Source of the DNA: Rubripirellula sp.
GTDB lineage: Bacteria; Planctomycetota; Planctomycetia; Pirellulales; Pirellulaceae
Direction of reading: 5' to 3'
Assembly (NCBI GenBank): GCA_965216875.1
Contig: OZ244207.1
Location: 1,344,001 to 1,408,000, forward strand
Length of the DNA: 64,000 nt
This document shows, piece after piece, positions 10,153 to 22,400 of this stretch (position 1 is the stretch's first letter; each line of letters opens with the position of its first letter). The translations under genes and the position numbers were made by a program. The notes under the pieces were generated by a model that saw nothing but the letters and a program-made list of their open reading frames with translations, did no database searches and was not told where the DNA came from.

Positions 10153-12816
10153 ATGTCCGATTCAACCACCGACACGCGAGCAACCGCCTACCTCTTTGGT
10201 GAACTTAGCACTGAAGAAGCCTTGCGATTTGAGCAAGAGTTGGAAGCGTCGCCTAATTTGCAGGAAGAGGTCGCGCAATTGCGTGAAGCGTTGTCGGCGA
10301 TCACCGATGAGTTTGATGGGCAATCGATGGGAGTCTCCGAAGCGACGCGCCAGGAAATTGAACGGGCGATCGATCAAGCGGGTGTCGCTCCCGTCCCATC
10401 GTCATCGAACAAGCGATTCGTTTGGGTGGTTGTCGCGACCGCAGCGACGGTGCTGATTTTGGCGAGCCTGGCGTTGCCCGCGGTGTGGCAGGGCGGGCAG
10501 GAAATTGACACCACTGCGATGAACACCGTGACCCTGCAAGAGCAACTCGCTGGCGAAGGTCAAACCACCGGCGTCGAGTTGCGAGAGGCTGTGGAAGAAC
10601 GACGGATTCTCGAAGAGGAAGCACTCGCCCATGACGCCTGGGTTGCCGAAACGGAAGTTCTGAATGAGCAGATTGCGAGCGTTGAACTTCAAATTCAAGC
10701 TCACAAGGACAAGATCGAGAGTCTCAGTAAACAAACCAAAGGGTTCGCTGGCCAAGGCCTTTCGGCACAGCCGCTAACGGCGTCACCGAGTCTTGAGGGA
10801 AAGGTTGAACCGAGCCAGCTTGAGCTTCTGCGAGAAACGAAAAGCCTAAGCGACTCAGTGCAGCGATTGGTCGAATTAAAGAAACGCATCCCGCAAAAAA
10901 CGGACGGTGAAGTTCGCGCCGCGCTGCGTCCGGTCAAACCAGCCGATCCACTCGCGGGGCCGGCACTTTCAAAGTTGACAGAGCTGAGCGATGCCGAGTT
11001 CGGTGATGGGGACGAGGATGCGTTGATGCTCATGGTCACGCCCAGGGTGAGGGTCGGGGAAGAGGAAGAGCCACTCGCTCGGCAATTCAGTTTGCCGGGA
11101 AAAAAGAGTCCCCGAGATGGGGCAGAGATGATGATGGATGAGATGATGATGATGGAAGAAGAAGAAATGATGGGCATGGGCGGCCTGGGGATGGAAGCCG
11201 AGCAGGTCGTTGCAGGCTTCGCAATGATGGGTGATAGAGATGATGCCTACTTCGAAACTGACGGGTTGGTTGGAGCCGATTCCACCGAAGACGAGTTTGC
11301 GATGGCAGTGGAAAACGGGGACGCCGAGATGTTGGCGGACTTGATGGGCGTCGAGACGCCTCACGAAGAGGGTCGTTCGCGAGACCGTTTCGAACCCATC
11401 GATGATAATCCGTTCATGACAGCTGCACGGCAGTCGCTTTCGACCTTTTCGATTGACGTCGATACGGCTGCCTATGCCAAGGTCCGTTCGTTTTTGATGC
11501 AACAGCACACAAAGGTCAGGCCTTCGGCCGTTCGAATTGAAGAGTTGGTCAATTACTTCCCCTACAGTTACGAACCGCCGAAAACGGACGAACACCCCTT
11601 TGCCGCAACGATGGATATCGCCGGATGCCCATGGAACGAAGACCATCGTTTGGCGCGAATCGGAATCAAAGGCAAGGTGCTTGATGAGAATCGGCCGCCG
11701 AGCAATTTGGTCTTCTTGCTCGATGTCTCCGGGTCGATGGACGAACCGAACAAGTTGCCGCTTGTGATCGAAGGCATGAAGATGTTGACCGACCAGCTTT
11801 CCGAAAACGATTCGGTGGCAATCGTTGTCTATGCCGGATCATCGGGGGTTGTCCTTGATTCGGCTCGTGGCGACCAGAAGCACATCATTCATGATGCACT
11901 TTCACGATTGAAAGCGGGTGGCAGCACCAACGGTGGTGAGGGCATCGTGCGAGCCTATGATTTGGCCCGAGATCACTTCATTGCTGGCGGTACCAACCGG
12001 GTGATTCTTTGCACCGACGGAGACTTCAACGTCGGGGTTACGGGAACGGATCAGTTGTTGGAGATTGTGAAAAAGAATGCCCAAGGCAACATCTATCTTT
12101 CGGTCCTCGGCTTTGGAATGGGCAACCACAACGATGCGATGTTGGAGAAGGTTTCCAATCAAGGCAACGGCAACTATGCGTTTATTGACAGTCGTGCCGA
12201 GGCGCAAAAGGTGCTTGTCGAAGAGATGGGCGGGACTCTGGTGACGATCGCCAAGGATGTCAAAATCCAAATCGAGTTCAATCCGAAAGAGATCAAAGCC
12301 TATCGCTTGATTGGATACGAAAACCGCGTGATGGCTGCCCAGGACTTTAATGACGATACGAAAGACGCGGGTGAGATTGGTGCTGGGCATACCGTTACAG
12401 CGCTCTATGAGTTGATACCCGCTGATTCCGTCTCCGAGCTGAGCGTCCCAGAAACGGACGAACTGCTGTACCAAAAGAAGGCGAGGCTTAGCAAAAAGGC
12501 TCATAGCGGTGAGGCGTTGACGCTCAAGCTTCGATACAAGTCGCCAGAGGCATTGCCGGGTGACAAGAGCACGCTTCTATCGGTGCCAGTGACCGATCGG
12601 GGAAAATCATTCGACGAAATGGACGATGATTTTCAATTCGCAGCCGCAGTTGCATCGTTTGGTATGCAGCTTCGCCAGTCGCCCCACCAAGGTGACACGT
12701 CGCTTGCAGCAGTCGAGGAAATCGCCAACGCGTGCTTGTCCCAGGACCCAAGTGGATTGCGAGCCGAATTTGTTGCGATGGTGCAGACCGCCCAGACCAT
12801 TTACGGCCAGCCCTAG
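10153..12816 (+). CDS. Anti-sigma-like N-terminus + TM + YfbK-type von Willebrand factor A protein
   Basis: N-terminal TAYLFGELS..E..FE; TM helix; STFSIDVDTAAY, VRIEELVNYF, MIDAS DVSGSM, TDGDFNVG, YRLIGYENR, DAGEIGAGH. Confidence 0.9.
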   Translation: MSDSTTDTRATAYLFGELSTEEALRFEQELEASPNLQEEVAQLREALSAITDEFDGQSMGVSEATRQEIERAIDQAGVAPVPSSSNKRFVWVVVATAATVLILASLALPAVWQGGQEIDTTAMNTVTLQEQLAGEGQTTGVELREAVEERRILEEEALAHDAWVAETEVLNEQIASVELQIQAHKDKIESLSKQTKGFAGQGLSAQPLTASPSLEGKVEPSQLELLRETKSLSDSVQRLVELKKRIPQKTDGEVRAALRPVKPADPLAGPALSKLTELSDAEFGDGDEDALMLMVTPRVRVGEEEEPLARQFSLPGKKSPRDGAEMMMDEMMMMEEEEMMGMGGLGMEAEQVVAGFAMMGDRDDAYFETDGLVGADSTEDEFAMAVENGDAEMLADLMGVETPHEEGRSRDRFEPIDDNPFMTAARQSLSTFSIDVDTAAYAKVRSFLMQQHTKVRPSAVRIEELVNYFPYSYEPPKTDEHPFAATMDIAGCPWNEDHRLARIGIKGKVLDENRPPSNLVFLLDVSGSMDEPNKLPLVIEGMKMLTDQLSENDSVAIVVYAGSSGVVLDSARGDQKHIIHDALSRLKAGGSTNGGEGIVRAYDLARDHFIAGGTNRVILCTDGDFNVGVTGTDQLLEIVKKNAQGNIYLSVLGFGMGNHNDAMLEKVSNQGNGNYAFIDSRAEAQKVLVEEMGGTLVTIAKDVKIQIEFNPKEIKAYRLIGYENRVMAAQDFNDDTKDAGEIGAGHTVTALYELIPADSVSELSVPETDELLYQKKARLSKKAHSGEALTLKLRYKSPEALPGDKSTLLSVPVTDRGKSFDEMDDDFQFAAAVASFGMQLRQSPHQGDTSLAAVEEIANACLSQDPSGLRAEFVAMVQTAQTIYGQP

Positions 12817-12891
12817 TCACGCCTGTTGCCAGAAGGCGACGCGGGAGCTTCGCCAAGAAGCCCGGCCGCCCGCGCGGTCGCGGCTCACCAT

Positions 12892-13971
12892 CTACAGCTC
12901 GACCGCACGATGTGTCTTGGCGGACTTGTAACATGCTTCGACAAGTTGCATCGTCTTGAGGTTGTCTTGTCCGTTCATGCTGGGCTCGTTGCCTTGTTCA
13001 AGTGCGCACAACAGTTCGCACATCGGGCCAAGAAACGCGTCTGGGAACCAGACTTTTTTCCAGCGGGGCTTGTGCCATCGCTTGGAGGCAACCGTCGTGA
13101 AATCGATCGTGCTCGGAGTGCGTTTCGGGTAGTCGGGCCAGCCGATCGTGCCTCGAGCCATTCCCTTGGTGCCTTCGACTCGCCAGCGGATTCCCAGGTC
13201 GGCGGCGGCCCCTTCACGCCCGGGGCCTGCCCAGACATCGTCACAGATCATGCACCTTAGCCCTGACTCGTATTCGAGTGTGTAGAGGCCGATGCCGTCG
13301 ACGTGTGGGAACGAGGTGCGCGGGTCTTTTCCGAAACTTGCAAACACGCGTGTTGGTTCGCCGAACCAATAACGCATCACATCAAGGTGATGGATCGACA
13401 TGATTCGACACGTCAACCATCCGAGTCGTTTTTGCCACGGCATCCAATGTGGGATGGCTCGCATGTCGATCGTTGCGAGTACTGGCTTGCCAAGGTACTT
13501 CCGCTTTAGAACGGACTTGCACGCTCGGATCGATTGGTCGTAGCGCATGTTCTGATTGACGCACAAAGTGACTCCCGCCTTTTCGCACATGGCGACGATG
13601 CGTTTGGCTTCGGACACGTTGAGTCCGAGCGGCTTTTGCGCCAGGATCCCGCGGATGTGTTTGCGACGTACCGCTTCGCGGACGACCTCGATCAACACAT
13701 CGGGCGGGACGGCAATGTCAACGACTTCGATCTGTTCATCATCCAGCAAATGTTGGTACGACCCGTAGACTCGGTCGATCTGATGACGCTTGGCGACCGT
13801 TTTCGCGTTTTGGATCTGCTTTGAGGTAATGGCGATTGGGTTCAGATTGGCCTGGCGGTAAGCGACCAAATGGCAGTCGGCCATGATGAAACCGCTCCCG
13901 ATACAGCCGATCGCGGTGCTCCGATTCTTCGGCAGTTTGGGCAGGTAGTCGAGCTTGGATGAAACTTGCAT
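12892..13971 (-). CDS. Gfo/Idh/MocA family oxidoreductase
   Basis: IGCIGSGFI Rossmann motif, AQKPLG, NQNMRY, IHHLD. Confidence 0.88.
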   Translation of the reverse strand: MQVSSKLDYLPKLPKNRSTAIGCIGSGFIMADCHLVAYRQANLNPIAITSKQIQNAKTVAKRHQIDRVYGSYQHLLDDEQIEVVDIAVPPDVLIEVVREAVRRKHIRGILAQKPLGLNVSEAKRIVAMCEKAGVTLCVNQNMRYDQSIRACKSVLKRKYLGKPVLATIDMRAIPHWMPWQKRLGWLTCRIMSIHHLDVMRYWFGEPTRVFASFGKDPRTSFPHVDGIGLYTLEYESGLRCMICDDVWAGPGREGAAADLGIRWRVEGTKGMARGTIGWPDYPKRTPSTIDFTTVASKRWHKPRWKKVWFPDAFLGPMCELLCALEQGNEPSMNGQDNLKTMQLVEACYKSAKTHRAVEL

Positions 13972-14108
13972 CGATCACGTGGTGCGAGAGAATTCATTCT
14001 GGCTGCGGGCGGGACAGTTGTTATACATTGTCGACCACGGCCGCATACAACACGGGAACCGAATTGACAGACGAACCAACGCTGGCGAAGACGACAAGCG
14101 ACCGACCC

Positions 14109-14663
14109 ATGTTCAAGACGAACGTGATGGTGGGCAGCAGCGTTGTCGTGTTGACCGCTCTGGTGTTGAATCAACTTGGCCGTGTTTGGTGGTGTAAATG
14201 TGGATCACCCGTTCCATGGGCGTGGGACATTTGGTCGACCCACAATTCACAGCACGCGATCGACCCTTACACCTTCACACACATCTTGCACGGTGTGATT
14301 CTGTGCGGGCTCGTCTATTTGCCCAGCAGTGGGATGCTGCGGCGATACGGTCTGGCGATCAGTCTGGTGCTTGAAGCTTGTTGGGAAGTGCTCGAGAACT
14401 CGCCGTTCATCATCGAGCGGTATCGAGAGGCAACGATCTCACTGGATTACTTTGGCGATTCGATCATCAACTCGTTGTTTGACATCGTTGCTTGTGGATT
14501 CGGTTACTTGCTGGCGCGGCGACTCGGTTGGAAATGGTCGATCGTGCTCGTTGTAGCAACCGAGTGTCTTTTGCTCGTTTGGATTCGCGACAGTTTGCTA
14601 CTTAACATCATCATGTTGGTTGCGCCCAACGATGCTATCCTGCGTTGGCAGATGGGTGGTTGA
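14109..14663 (+). CDS. DUF2585 (UPF0314) family membrane protein
   Basis: GR.WWCKCG..W..HNSQH..DPYTFTH.LHG, WE.LENSP.IIERYR, YFGDSIINS, IRDSL.LN. Start uncertain (could be TTG 14064). Confidence 0.8.
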   Translation: MFKTNVMVGSSVVVLTALVLNQLGRVWWCKCGSPVPWAWDIWSTHNSQHAIDPYTFTHILHGVILCGLVYLPSSGMLRRYGLAISLVLEACWEVLENSPFIIERYREATISLDYFGDSIINSLFDIVACGFGYLLARRLGWKWSIVLVVATECLLLVWIRDSLLLNIIMLVAPNDAILRWQMGG

Positions 14664-14753
14664 TCATCTTGCAAGCAGACACCAAGTCTGATGTGAACGT
14701 CCGCCCTACTGAATGAATTGCCCACTGTTTTGCACGTCAAGGAGACACTTTCT

Positions 14754-15263
14754 ATGAGCATTGCGCAATCACTCTTGCCTGAATACGATCACGAATTTGC
14801 CGGGACGCGGCGTGTCCTCTCGGCTGTGACGAACGAGATCTTGGATTGGTCGGCGCATGAGAAATCAAACACGGTTGGATGGGTGGCTTCGCATCTTGCT
14901 GACATACCAAGTTGGACGGACGTTTGCATCAATCAAGATTCCTACGATGTTGCACCCCCTGGGGGTGAACCAGACACGGTGACGGTCCTTGGTAGCGTTG
15001 ATGAGATCTTGGCGAGCCTGGACAAGAATGTCGCCGAGGCACGCACGGTCATTGAAGCTGCGACCGATGAGCAGTTCATGAAGCCTTGGTCACTTCTTAA
15101 TGGTGGCGAGGTGGTGATGACGATGTCACGGATTGCGATTGTTCGTAGCTTTATCATGAGCCACAACATCCACCATCGGGCACATCTTTGCGTCTACCTG
15201 CGGCTCAATGACTTGCCAGTGCCCGGTCTCTATGGGCCCTCGGCTGACGATGACACGCTATAG
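14754..15263 (+). CDS. DinB family protein
   Basis: AAGGAG RBS; H.IHHRA.L.VYLRL.D..VPG.YGPS motif. Confidence 0.88.
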   Translation: MSIAQSLLPEYDHEFAGTRRVLSAVTNEILDWSAHEKSNTVGWVASHLADIPSWTDVCINQDSYDVAPPGGEPDTVTVLGSVDEILASLDKNVAEARTVIEAATDEQFMKPWSLLNGGEVVMTMSRIAIVRSFIMSHNIHHRAHLCVYLRLNDLPVPGLYGPSADDDTL

Positions 15264-15278
15264 GTGAGAACCAAATAA

Positions 15279-15311
15279 AAAAGCCAGCTTGGACAAGCTG
15301 GCTTTGGTTTT
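15279..15311. terminator. Bidirectional rho-independent terminator
   Basis: aaagccagctt-ggac-aagctggcttt hairpin with A-rich and T-rich flanks between convergent genes. Confidence 0.8.
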
Positions 15312-15332
15312 GATTCGACGTGAAGTCGATGG

Positions 15333-16022
15333 TCAAGCTTTGGCGACCGCTTTCTGTTTTCGGCGGCGATACACGACGCATCCGGTGCAAGCCATCACGC
15401 CCCAGATTACAACCGAGCTCGGTTCGGGAATGACGCCGCCCGCGATGGTGATGGTCACTGTGTCGGAGATGGTTGGGTCAAAGATGGTTGCTAAGTCACC
15501 ACCGACGGTGCCGCTAAATCCAGCGCCCAAATCAGCGGACGTCAGTGAAATCGAGCTTCCCGCAGCCCCGGTAATGTTAAATACGAACTGGCCGACAAGC
15601 ACGTCACCACCGCCAGGGGCGACCGCTAAGCCACCAACACCTATGTTCTGAGTGATTCCGGCGAGGTTAGTGAATCCAGCTGGAGCGGCGTTTGGAAAAG
15701 CCATGTCGAACGGGAGGGAGCCGCCCGTCCCATCGCCTTGCCCAATGGTGTTTGCGAAAGCAAGATTACCGGTGATGTCACTGGCCCCAATCGTTGCGGA
15801 CGCTGATGCGCTGTTGTTACTAAGGATGACACCTGAGGCACTGAAAAGTCCGCCTGCGCCCGCAATCGTGCCGTCATCACGAAGTGTCATGGTGATCGTA
15901 ACATCGTCACCCGAATTGATGAGTGTTGCCGATGAGTCCAAGTCGAGCGTTAGCCCGGCCTGCACCGCAACGGATGACGCGGTAACGAACAACAGAGCAA
16001 GGAGAGAGCGAATGAAAACCAT
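15333..16022 (-). CDS. PEP-CTERM sorting domain surface protein
   Basis: Signal peptide MVFIRSLLALLFVTASSVAVQA; C-terminal IPEPSS, hydrophobic stretch, then RRRK. Confidence 0.9.
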   Translation of the reverse strand: MVFIRSLLALLFVTASSVAVQAGLTLDLDSSATLINSGDDVTITMTLRDDGTIAGAGGLFSASGVILSNNSASASATIGASDITGNLAFANTIGQGDGTGGSLPFDMAFPNAAPAGFTNLAGITQNIGVGGLAVAPGGGDVLVGQFVFNITGAAGSSISLTSADLGAGFSGTVGGDLATIFDPTISDTVTITIAGGVIPEPSSVVIWGVMACTGCVVYRRRKQKAVAKA

Positions 16023-16415
16023 CGAGATCTTACCTGGTGTGTTGTGTGTTGATCCTGTGAGTTGGCTTGCCGCAAGGACATCCAATCGGACGAATCTCAC
16101 AGGCAATCATCATCGATCGAGAGAGTGAAGTCCAGCGAACTAGTGCCCATTTTTGCGTGGAATTCAAAGAAAACGAGTCAACAAAAAGCCACTGAAACCA
16201 TCTGTTCATCATCGATTTGAATTCGGTCCAAGCACTCGTTGATCGATGACCAAAACTCGACTCCGAGTCTGGTGGTTTTCGGGGTGAAAAAATCGTGTGC
16301 GACCGGACGCTTGTCCACCTCCACGCTGGCCTATCGAGGCCATGACTGTATCAGCGTGTTGCACACCGGCTTGCGATGCTGTTTCCGCAAGCACGGTGTG
16401 TCCGCTGATTTGACG

Positions 16416-19400
16416 CTACGGCAGGATCGTGAAGAAGCGGCCGCGGAATTGTGCGAAGTCGAGCAACGGCGTGTTCGGGTTATCGTCGAAATCGAACAAG
16501 TAGTCGCCATTACCGTTGGTGAAGTAGTCACGGAATCGTGCGAAGTCGAACAAGTCAACATCTTCGTCTCCATCCTGGTCGCCAAAGAACCTGAAGAAGT
16601 CGTCGACAGCGTTGACACCTGGTGCGGGACCGTTGGCATCGGTTCCAAGTTTCGCGCCGTCGATGAGAAGTCGATACCGGCCATCTTCCAGCATCGGCAA
16701 AATACCGGGCTGGTTCTCCGAAAGATCTTCGATCAATACCGTTCCCGTGAAGCCAAGCACGACGACTTGCTTGCCACCAACGACCTGTGAGCTGAGAACG
16801 GTCAGCCCAACCTGAGTTCCTGGTGAGACCGATGTCGATTCGACAAGGAAGCTACCGTCGGTGACTGGACCGGTTGGGATATTGATCGGGCCACTAAAGA
16901 CGACTTCGATTTGGCGAATGATTGAGCGTTGCCCAGTATTGCCTGGCGAGTGATTGCTTTCGGTTGTTGGATCATGGTTGAAGTAGACGATGCTTTCGAC
17001 AATGGGCGTCGGTGCAGCGTCGTCGTTGACGATTGTTCCGACACCTTGGGAATCTGCAAAGGCAACGTCTCGTCCAAGTGCATTCAAATTGCTGAGATCG
17101 GCAAAGAAGTCTTCATCGGGTTCCACATCCGTGTCGCCGTTGATCGTGACGGTGAATGTTTGCGTTTCGCCAGCGTTTCCTGCAAAGTTGAGTGTTGCTG
17201 CGTTGACAACATAGTCGTTGTTTGCAGTGGTCGCTGTGCCATCGGCGGTATCGGCATCGACCGAGATAGCGACATCGACTTCGGCGTCGAGCGTCACGGT
17301 GAACGTGAAGAGTGTGTCTCCAAGATCGCCTTCCTCGAGCACAACGTCGTCGATCGAGATGGTGGCCGAATCGTCATTGACGATGGTTCCTTCGCCCGTC
17401 GGGTCGACGATCGAAGCTGCGCGTCCGAGGTTGGTAAGGTTGCCGATCGTAACGAAGAAGTTTTCATCAAGTTCAACCTTTTCGTCACCGTTGACATCGA
17501 CTGTGATCGTGCCTGAGGTATCGCCGGCCGTGATGTTGAGCGTTCCCGATGTTTGTGTGTAGTCACTATCGGACGAGGTTGCGGATCCCGCGGAGCTCAA
17601 GAAGAACATCGAAATATCGACGTCAATCGGGTTGGTCAGCGTGACTGGGAACACAAAAGGCTTGCTGGCCGTATCACCTTCCTCGTCAACCACATTGCCG
17701 ATCGAGATCGTTGATGCGTCGTCGTTGGTAATCGTTCCGGTCGCGCTATCCGTTGCGGAAACGTTGTAGCCCGCACCCGATGCGACGGACAATGTCACGG
17801 TCTCGTTCAACTCAACCGTTGAGTCAACGGTTGGGTCCACAGTGACGACCGTGGTTGATTGGCCCGCCGCGAAGGTGATGGTTCCGGCGTCGGACGCGGT
17901 GTAGTCGGTTCCGCTGGTTGCCGTTCCGGTGGTGTCGAAGTTGATGGTCAGCGGAGGTGATTGTGCGCCAGCGTTACTTCGGGTGAAGGTGTAGGTGAGC
18001 ACACCGGCAGCATCTTCGAGAATCGAATCTGGATTCACGGCGACCGAGACATCTGAAATATCATCGTTGAGGATCGTACCCGTTGCTGCGTCAGCGCTGC
18101 CGATGTTGTAGCCGGCACCCGCCGCAACGGTCAGGGTTACGCTTTCGTCAGGTTCGACTTCGGCGTCAACGGTTGGGTCGACGGTCACGACCGTGGTCGA
18201 TTGACCCGCCGCGAAGGTGACTGTTCCGGCGTCGGACGGCGTGTAGTCGGTTCCGCTGGTTGCCGTTCCGGTGGTGTCGAAGTTGATGGTCAGTTGCGGC
18301 GATTGTGCGCCAGCGTTACTGCGCGTGAAGGTGTAGGTGAGCACACCGGCAGCATCTTCAAGAATCGAATCTGGATCGACGGCGACCGAGATATCTGAAA
18401 TATCATCGTTAAGGATCGTTCCCGTTGCTGCGTCCGCGCTGCCGATGTTGTATCCCGCACCCGCCGCAACTGTCAGCGTGACGCTTTCGTCAGGTTCGAC
18501 TTCGGCGTCAACGGTTGGGTCGACGGTCACGACCGTGGTTGATTGGCCCGCCGCGAAGGTGACGGTTCCGGCGTCAGACGCGGTGTAGTCGGTTCCACTG
18601 GTTGCCGTTCCGGTGGTGTCGAAGTTGATCGTCAGCTGCGGCGATTGTGCGCCAGCGTTACTGCGCGTGAAGGTGTAGGTGAGCACACCGGCAGCATCTT
18701 CGAGAATCGAATCTGGATCGACGGCGACCGTGACGTCTGAAATATCATCGTTCAGGATCGTTCCCGTTGCTGCGTCCGCGCTGCCGATGTTGTAGCCGGC
18801 ACCCGCCGCAACGGTCAGGGTTACGCTTTCGTCAGGTTCGACTTCGGAGTCAACGGTTGGATCCACGGTGACGACCGTGGTCGATTGCCCCACCGCGAAG
18901 GTGACTGTACCGGCGTCGGACGCGGTGTAGTCGGTTCCACTGGTTGCCGTTCCGGTGGTGTCGAAGTTGATCGTCAGTTGCGGTGATTGTGCGCCGGCGT
19001 TGCTGCGTGTGAAGGTGTAGGTGAGCACACCGGCAGCATCTTCGAGAATCGAATCTGGATCCACGGCGACCGAGACGTCCGAAATGTCGTCGTTGGTGAT
19101 CGTACCTGTTGCCGAATCAACGCCGCCCACGTCGTAGCCAGCACCGGCAGCGACGGTCAGGATCACGGTTTCGTCCGGTTCGACTTCCGTGTCGGCAGTT
19201 GGGTCGATTGTGATGGTTGCCGTCGACTGTCCGGCTGCGAAGCTGAGGGTCGCAGCGTTCCCGGAGTAATCCGTTCCGGCGGTCGCCGTTCCCGTTGTGT
19301 CAACGTTGATTGTCAAACCGGGCGATTCGCCAGACGTATTACTTCGTGTGAAGGTGTAGGTCAGGACATCGGAGCCGTCTTCGAGAACGGATGTTGGGTC

Positions 19401-22400
19401 GACGGTAACGGTAACGTCAGAAACATCGTCATTGGTGATGAGGCCGGTTGCCGAGTTAGGTCCGCCCACGCTGTAGCCTGTTCCCGACAAGACACTCAAG
19501 ATGACGGATTCATCGGCTTCGACAATCGCGTCAGGCGTTGGGTCGATCGTGACGGTGGCGGTCGATTCACCCGTTGCGAAGGTAAGGGTTCCGGAGTCGC
19601 TTGCTGAATAGTCAACGGCCGCGGTTGCCGAGCCTGCGGTGGCAAAGTTAATTGTCAGCGGCGGTGTTTCAGCCGTGGTGTCGCTTCGCGTGAAGGTGTA
19701 GGTAAGTGCGCCGGATGCGTCTTCGAGAATGGAGCTTGGGTCAACGGTGACATTCACGCTCGATTCATCATCATTGAGAATCGTACCCGTCGCTGATGAA
19801 GGTGCGCCGATGTTGTAACCCGCTCCAGCGAGAACCGTTAGCACAACGGTTTCATCGGGTTCGACGTCGGTGTCGGCCGTCGGGTCGATCGAGACTTGAG
19901 CGGTACTCGATCCAGGTGCGAAACTGACGATGGTGCCGGCCGTGTTGACGTAGTCACCTGCCGATGCCGTTCCGCCAGTGCCGAAGTTGACCGAAAGCGG
20001 TATGCCAATGTCGCCGGTGCGAGTGAAAGTAAAGACCAGATCCTCGGTGCCATCTTCGTCAACTGCGATTGGGTCAACAGCGACCGAGACAAGCGACACA
20101 TCATCATCATTCAAGATCGTGCCCACTGCTGAATCAGGCGAACCGACGTTGTAGCCGGCGCCAGCAGTCACCGTAAACTCCACCGTTTCATCTGGTTCGA
20201 CGGTTGCGTCTGGCGTTGGGTCGACGGTCACCACGGCGGTCGATTCACCTGCGGCGAAGGTGACGCTGCCGGTCGCGCTGGCGGCATAGTCCGTTCCGGC
20301 CGTCGCTGTTCCGTCGGTTGTAAAGGTCGCTGTCAATGTCGGCGTTTGTGCTCCGACATTGCTGCGCGTGAAGGTGTAGGTCAGCAGGCCTGCGGCGTCT
20401 TCCGCGATCGATGCTGGGTCGACCGAGACGGAAACTTCACTGACATCGTCGTTAACGATTGTGGCCGTTGCACTTCCATTGGTGCCGATGGAGTAGCCAC
20501 CGCCAGCGATCAGAGAGATGGTGACCGATTCGTCAGGCTCAACCAATGCATCCGCGGTCGGGTTCACGGTCACAGTCGCTGTGTCAGCACCCTGGGCAAA
20601 CACGACAGAGCCACTGGGGCTGGTCGTGTAGTCGGAACCATCGGAAGCGGTTCCGGAGTTGCTGATGTTTGCCACCAACGCGGGCGTTTCGGCACTGACG
20701 TTCGTTCGCGTGAGCGTGTAGGTCAACACACCTGCTGCGTCTTCGTCAATTGATGTTGCGTCGACGGTGATTTCGACAGTGCTTGAGTCATCATTAAGAA
20801 TCGTGCCGGTAGCTGAGTTCGGGCTGCCGACGTCGTAGTTCGAGCCGTCGGAGATTGTCAGGATGACGGTTTCGTTCGGTTCGACAATTGCATCATCATT
20901 CGGCGAGACGGTGACGGTTGCCGTGTTCGCACCGACGTCGAAGGTCACTGTGCCCGAGATGTCAATGGTGTAGTCGGTTCCCGCGGTTGCCGTTCCGCCG
21001 GTGGTGTACGACACGGTCAATGCGGGCGTTTCGCTGGTCACATCGGTGCGCGAGAAGACATAGGTAATGTCCGTGCCTGAGTTTTCGAGCACAGCTCCAC
21101 TGCCAAAGGTTGAAACGGTGACGGTGCTGGTGTCGTCGTTTGTGATCGTTCCCGTTGCCACCGCCGTTCCGCCGACGACATAGCCCGATCCTGCGACCAC
21201 GGTAAGGATCACGGTTTCGTCGGGTTCAACATTTGCATCTGCGGTTGGGTCTACCGTGACAATTGCGGTTGCTGAGCCAGGGGCGAAGTTGACCGTGCCA
21301 GTGACCGTTTGTGTAAAGTCACCGGCTGACGCCGTGCCGGTTGTCGTGAAGTCAACCGCCAGCGGGCCGGTTAGGTCACCGTTTCGCGTGAAGGTGTAAA
21401 CCAGATTGTCCGTGCCGTCCTCGGTGACACTCGTCGGCGCCACATCGACAGTGACTTCAATCAGCGAATCGTCATCGATGATGGTGCCGGTGGCGCTCTG
21501 GTTGGGGCCGGGAAGGAATTCGGTCCCTGGGTCGAGGGTGATGATGACGGTTTCGTCGGGTTCGATCAGCGTGTCGACTGTTGGGTCGATTTCGATCGTC
21601 GCCGAGTTTTCGCCAGCGGCAAAGGTCACCGATCCGGTTGCCGTCGATGAATAGTCCGTTCCCAATGTCGCTGAACCTGTAATGAGAAGGTCCACGGCGA
21701 GCGACGGTGTTTCTGGTCCGACGCTGTCTCGAGTGACCGTGTAGACCATCACCCCGTCGGCGTCCTCGATGATGGAAGTCGGGTCCACGGAAATGTTGAC
21801 CGTACTGCGGTCATCATTGACGATCGTGCCAGTAGCACTGTCGGTTGGATCAATGTTGTAGCCAGTGCCGGGTGCTGCTGAAGCGATAACCGTTTCATCG
21901 GGTTCGACGAGCGCATCCGCGGTTGGGTCAACACTGAGGATGACGGTTCGTTGACCTGCGCCGAAGGTGAGCGTCGCAGGCGACGGAGCGCTATAGTCGT
22001 TTGCGGGATTGGCTGTGCCAGCCAACGAGAAATTGAAAGTGAGTTCAGGCGATTCGAGGCTGAAATTGTCGCGCGAGAATTCGAACTCCAAATTGCCGGG
22101 ATCGTCTTCGGTGGCCAGACTGGACACGACCTGAACAATCACCGTGCTTTGGTCATCGTTTTCGATGGTGCCATCGGCGGCCGCAGTCGAAATGGTTGCC
22201 GGGGCCGAAGCGTTGCTGAGTGTTACCGTAAACGTCTCGTCAAACTCGACGATCGGATCGTCAGAAACGCTGACCGTGATGACCTGGCTCGTCTCGCCAT
22301 CAGCAAAGTTGACGGTGCCAGTGGGAAGGACGCTGCCGACAAAATCACTGGCGTTCGCTGGGTTTGCCCCGCTGCCAGTGACCGCAAAGTCAACGCTTGT

